Source: Iphione sp. A-MEVVRFRX5 | Lineage: Eukaryota | Direction: 5' to 3' | DNA: 64,000 nt | Assembly (NCBI GenBank): GCA_976226885.1 | Contig: OZ320319.1 | Coordinates: forward strand, 32,674,001-32,738,000 | Part shown: positions 60,957 to 64,000 of the stretch, in pieces | Position numbering within the stretch: position 1 is the first letter of the stretch | How the letters are laid out: each line of letters opens with the position of its first letter | Translations under genes and position numbers: made by a program | The notes under the pieces: generated by a model | What the model was told of the DNA's origin: nothing | Seen by the model: only the letters and a program-made list of their open reading frames with translations | Databases searched by the model: none

Positions 60957-61094
60957 NNNNNNNNNNNNNNNNNNNNNNNNNNNNNNNNNNNNNNNNNNNN
61001 NNNNNNNNNNNNNNNNNNNNNNNNNNNNNNNNNNNNNNNNNNNNNNNNNNNNNNNNNNNNNNNNNNNNNNNNNNNNNNNNNNNNNNNNNNNNNN
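60957..61094. other. Assembly gap (138 N)
   Basis: Run of N in the sequence. Confidence 1.
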
Positions 61095-63861
61095 ATGCGG
61101 TTTCATTGTCCAATTTGTCTGTGCTCGCTTCTTAAAGATCAAATATCAATACTACCCTGTAACGCAACACAACGTTCCCGTTTACAGACTGATGCCGCCA
61201 CATAAGAAAGAAACACGAACAGACAATGAGCCAGCAGACAATGAGACAACGAGACAATGAGGCAGAGCTTGTGCCAAGAGTTCCACTTGTTTGGGAAAAG
61301 AACTCTTCTCTGTACGAAGACCTAGTTAGATGTATGTTTGTTTACATAAACATGATGTCTCAAGTAAATTAGTCGATGTTAATGAATCGTTCTGGCATTT
61401 AGAGGCTGGGGAATTTCTGCTGTTAAACATGCAGCATTGTCTTGCTATGTATAATAGGAAAAAAAATCCTGTAGTCGCTTGCTTTCGAGTATGATCACAC
61501 GGGTATAGTACGTGCAAAATTCTATAAATTTATTACGATCCTTTGGATTGTCGATTTTCTGATATTATCAATTTTTAAGTAGAATTTCAAATGAATATTG
61601 TGGCGTTATTTAAGCACAAGTGTAGATACTCACCATTTAACGGCTCCTAACATACATCGCATGCATCAGATAAACAAAACCATTATATTTTCATTTAAAA
61701 AAAGCAGGTAAACGCCTTCACATGACTTTCTCAGACTTTGTAATATAGCTTAACATATTTTTTTACCAAACAAATTACACCGCAATCCTGTTTTAGAGAT
61801 GTAATTCATTTCATGTACATGTATATATTTTGTTGGCGAAATATGGCTTCTGGCATCGGAAGAAGTTCATTAAGGTTATAGGTAACTCCTGGCACAGGAA
61901 GACGTTAATTACAGCGAAAGTATGTGAAACAGTGATGTCGTTTGGCAGGATATAAAACATGCATTTTAATATGAGTCACAAAAAAAAGTATAAAGTCGGG
62001 CATTACTGAAGTTACGATGAATTATTTTGGATTGAAGAACGATATGCCGTGCAGTCAAACACCATCTTGGGGACAGCAACTAAGTGGACATGGTTACATT
62101 TTATTCAATATTTTACCATTGATGACAATGTAGACAGATAAATGTAGCGAACAGGGACGTTTGTAATTGGCCATTTAAAGAACAATACAATATGACAATC
62201 ACTGAGTAGATGTTTGACAGGTCCAAAAGACAGAGCGGGTTGATTCAATTCGACGCTATCTATTATATAGAGGTGTGGAAACATGCCGACCGCTACGGAA
62301 TAATTACCTGAAAATAAAAATCTAAGGGCATCGGTCCATAGGAATCTATGGACTTTACCAATGACATATTTAGATCCCACCATGTACACATACGTGAATG
62401 TACTTAGTAGACCCATAGGAGAACACAGGCCACAAATATAGACAATTTGTTAACAGAAGGGTGTCTGCAGTGAGGTGCTGTACAAATGTGCCTCTGAAAA
62501 GAATCATTGTTCGTGGAAGGCTTCGTGCATTAAGACGTACATGTAAATATATTTGTTGTCCTAAATTTTCTAGTGGTCTTGGTAAACGGTCAAATTTGTC
62601 TACAGTGTTTATACACGCATGTTCAATTGATTCTAGGATCGATATAAATCAGTCTTTTTTTTAGAGCCATGTTCATGCACACGTACGTGTATTGTTTCCT
62701 CTTTGAATTAATGTAACCCCATCTGAAGTGAGAAGAAATGTACCTCTATTTATCACGTAGAAGCCCAGTAAAAAATGAATCATGAAAAAATAAACATTGC
62801 ATCAGTGTAAGTGTATTACTTCTCAGAGAGGGTGGACCTCTTGTTCAAAACTAGAACGATTATAATGCAAAAGGCAACATCCTGATGAAAAAATAGTTTA
62901 TGATCAGCTGGACCACTTTTTTTGTTAAAAATACACAGAAAAGCTGGTTAGTATGGTATATTGATATTATGGAAATATTAAGTACACTGGCTGTTCAAAC
63001 GAACCCATCGACACCCACGCAGTAGTCCCGAAATTCCATAGTAACCTTGTAAAGATCCGAGGGTAGATATCAACTCAAGATGGTCTAGCACATTTTTGTG
63101 ATCAGTTGAGGATACCCAGTTTCTCCCTAATTACACCTGTTTAGGGGGCGGCTTTTCCTGTTCTTTGTGTAGTGGCTACCAGCGCTGGCTGTCACTGCCC
63201 CTCTAGGTGCGGCACTTGGATCTTCACCAGAGCTAACTCAAACCAGTGATGAACGCCTGACACGACACACATTGATTCATTTATGTTCCACCAGGTGTCG
63301 CCACCTACGACGAATGCGTACGAAGCGCAACATTTTCACCCAAACCAACGAATCGCAGTGCACAGACGTAATTTACTTCTTTGACGATGGACTTTTATGT
63401 TCTAAACGGGTGGCTACACACACTCCACATAAAAGTATACATCTTTATCAAAATCACAGTTTTTTTTCAAAGAAAACTGTTGGAGCAAAATAAAACCTTG
63501 AGTAGGTGCTACCTTTCTGTCCCAGATATAGGATCTGCATCTGTAGGATATTACCAATATTGACTCTCAACAATCTCCCTAGGGGTCTTATTTTCCATTC
63601 AAAATTCAATACGTATGCATGGAAAGAACCCACACAGTCCAATCCGGAATGGAGTTTATGTCCCACGGCTGGGGCCAGACAAGTTGTACACACAGAAAGA
63701 CCACCTTAGCATTAAAGTTGTTTCCGCATGTATATTGTGCCTGCAGGTATCATTCAAAATACATGTACATAATTATACATATTTTAACCTTACAAGTACA
63801 AACCAAATACCTAAACGTGTATTGTATATACATATACATGTATCCTTCTATGTATGTAACA

Positions 63862-64000
63862 GGGGGCAGGGTATACCTGATAACGCTTCACCAAGAATTC
63901 AAAACTCCAATAACGCAAAATGAAAGAGCACATAAGGCTTCACCAACAATCTATTCCTTCAAAATGCTTCACCGTTAGCAGTATGATAGTGTTTGACGCT
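63862..64000. repeat. Interspersed repeat with ataacgcttcacca sub-repeats (runs off window)
   Basis: Colinear similarity to the internal segment ~7231-7392 / 13160-13321 of the Mutator-like element. Confidence 0.6.

Overview
Eukaryotic (metazoan) genomic DNA, intron-rich, with one assembly gap (60957-61094). Amphioxus (Branchiostoma) or a similar invertebrate deuterostome is my best guess; this is an inference from the vertebrate-like FGFR intron map, the repeat types and heavy TACATGTA enrichment. The only protein-coding gene I can support is a + strand FGFR-family receptor tyrosine kinase. It has 14 coding exons (35816-54151, 692 aa by my splice model), plus a possible extra first coding exon at 34487-34531 that would give 735 aa. 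All junctions are GT-AG and phase-consistent, and the catalytic motifs are intact. The receptor is unusual: only two Ig domains (D2, D3) and no acid box; an apparent decayed Ig exon lies where D1 should be; D3 has a 10-aa deletion; the juxtamembrane region is short and carries an NxxY motif instead of the vertebrate FRS2 segment; the 'molecular brake' Asn is Asp; the PLCgamma tyrosine is in a YxN (Grb2-type) context; and the tail is acidic. Together these suggest a rewired, possibly de-repressed FGFR (inference). The first ~34 kb has no recognisable coding exon. It holds CpG-rich islands, two apparently identical 572-bp composite Mutator-like elements with 9-bp TSDs, GGCC-ended TTAA-type MITEs, and mini/microsatellites. 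Nearly all entries in the supplied ORF track are spurious. No rRNA, tRNA, CRISPR array or recognisable miRNA was seen.
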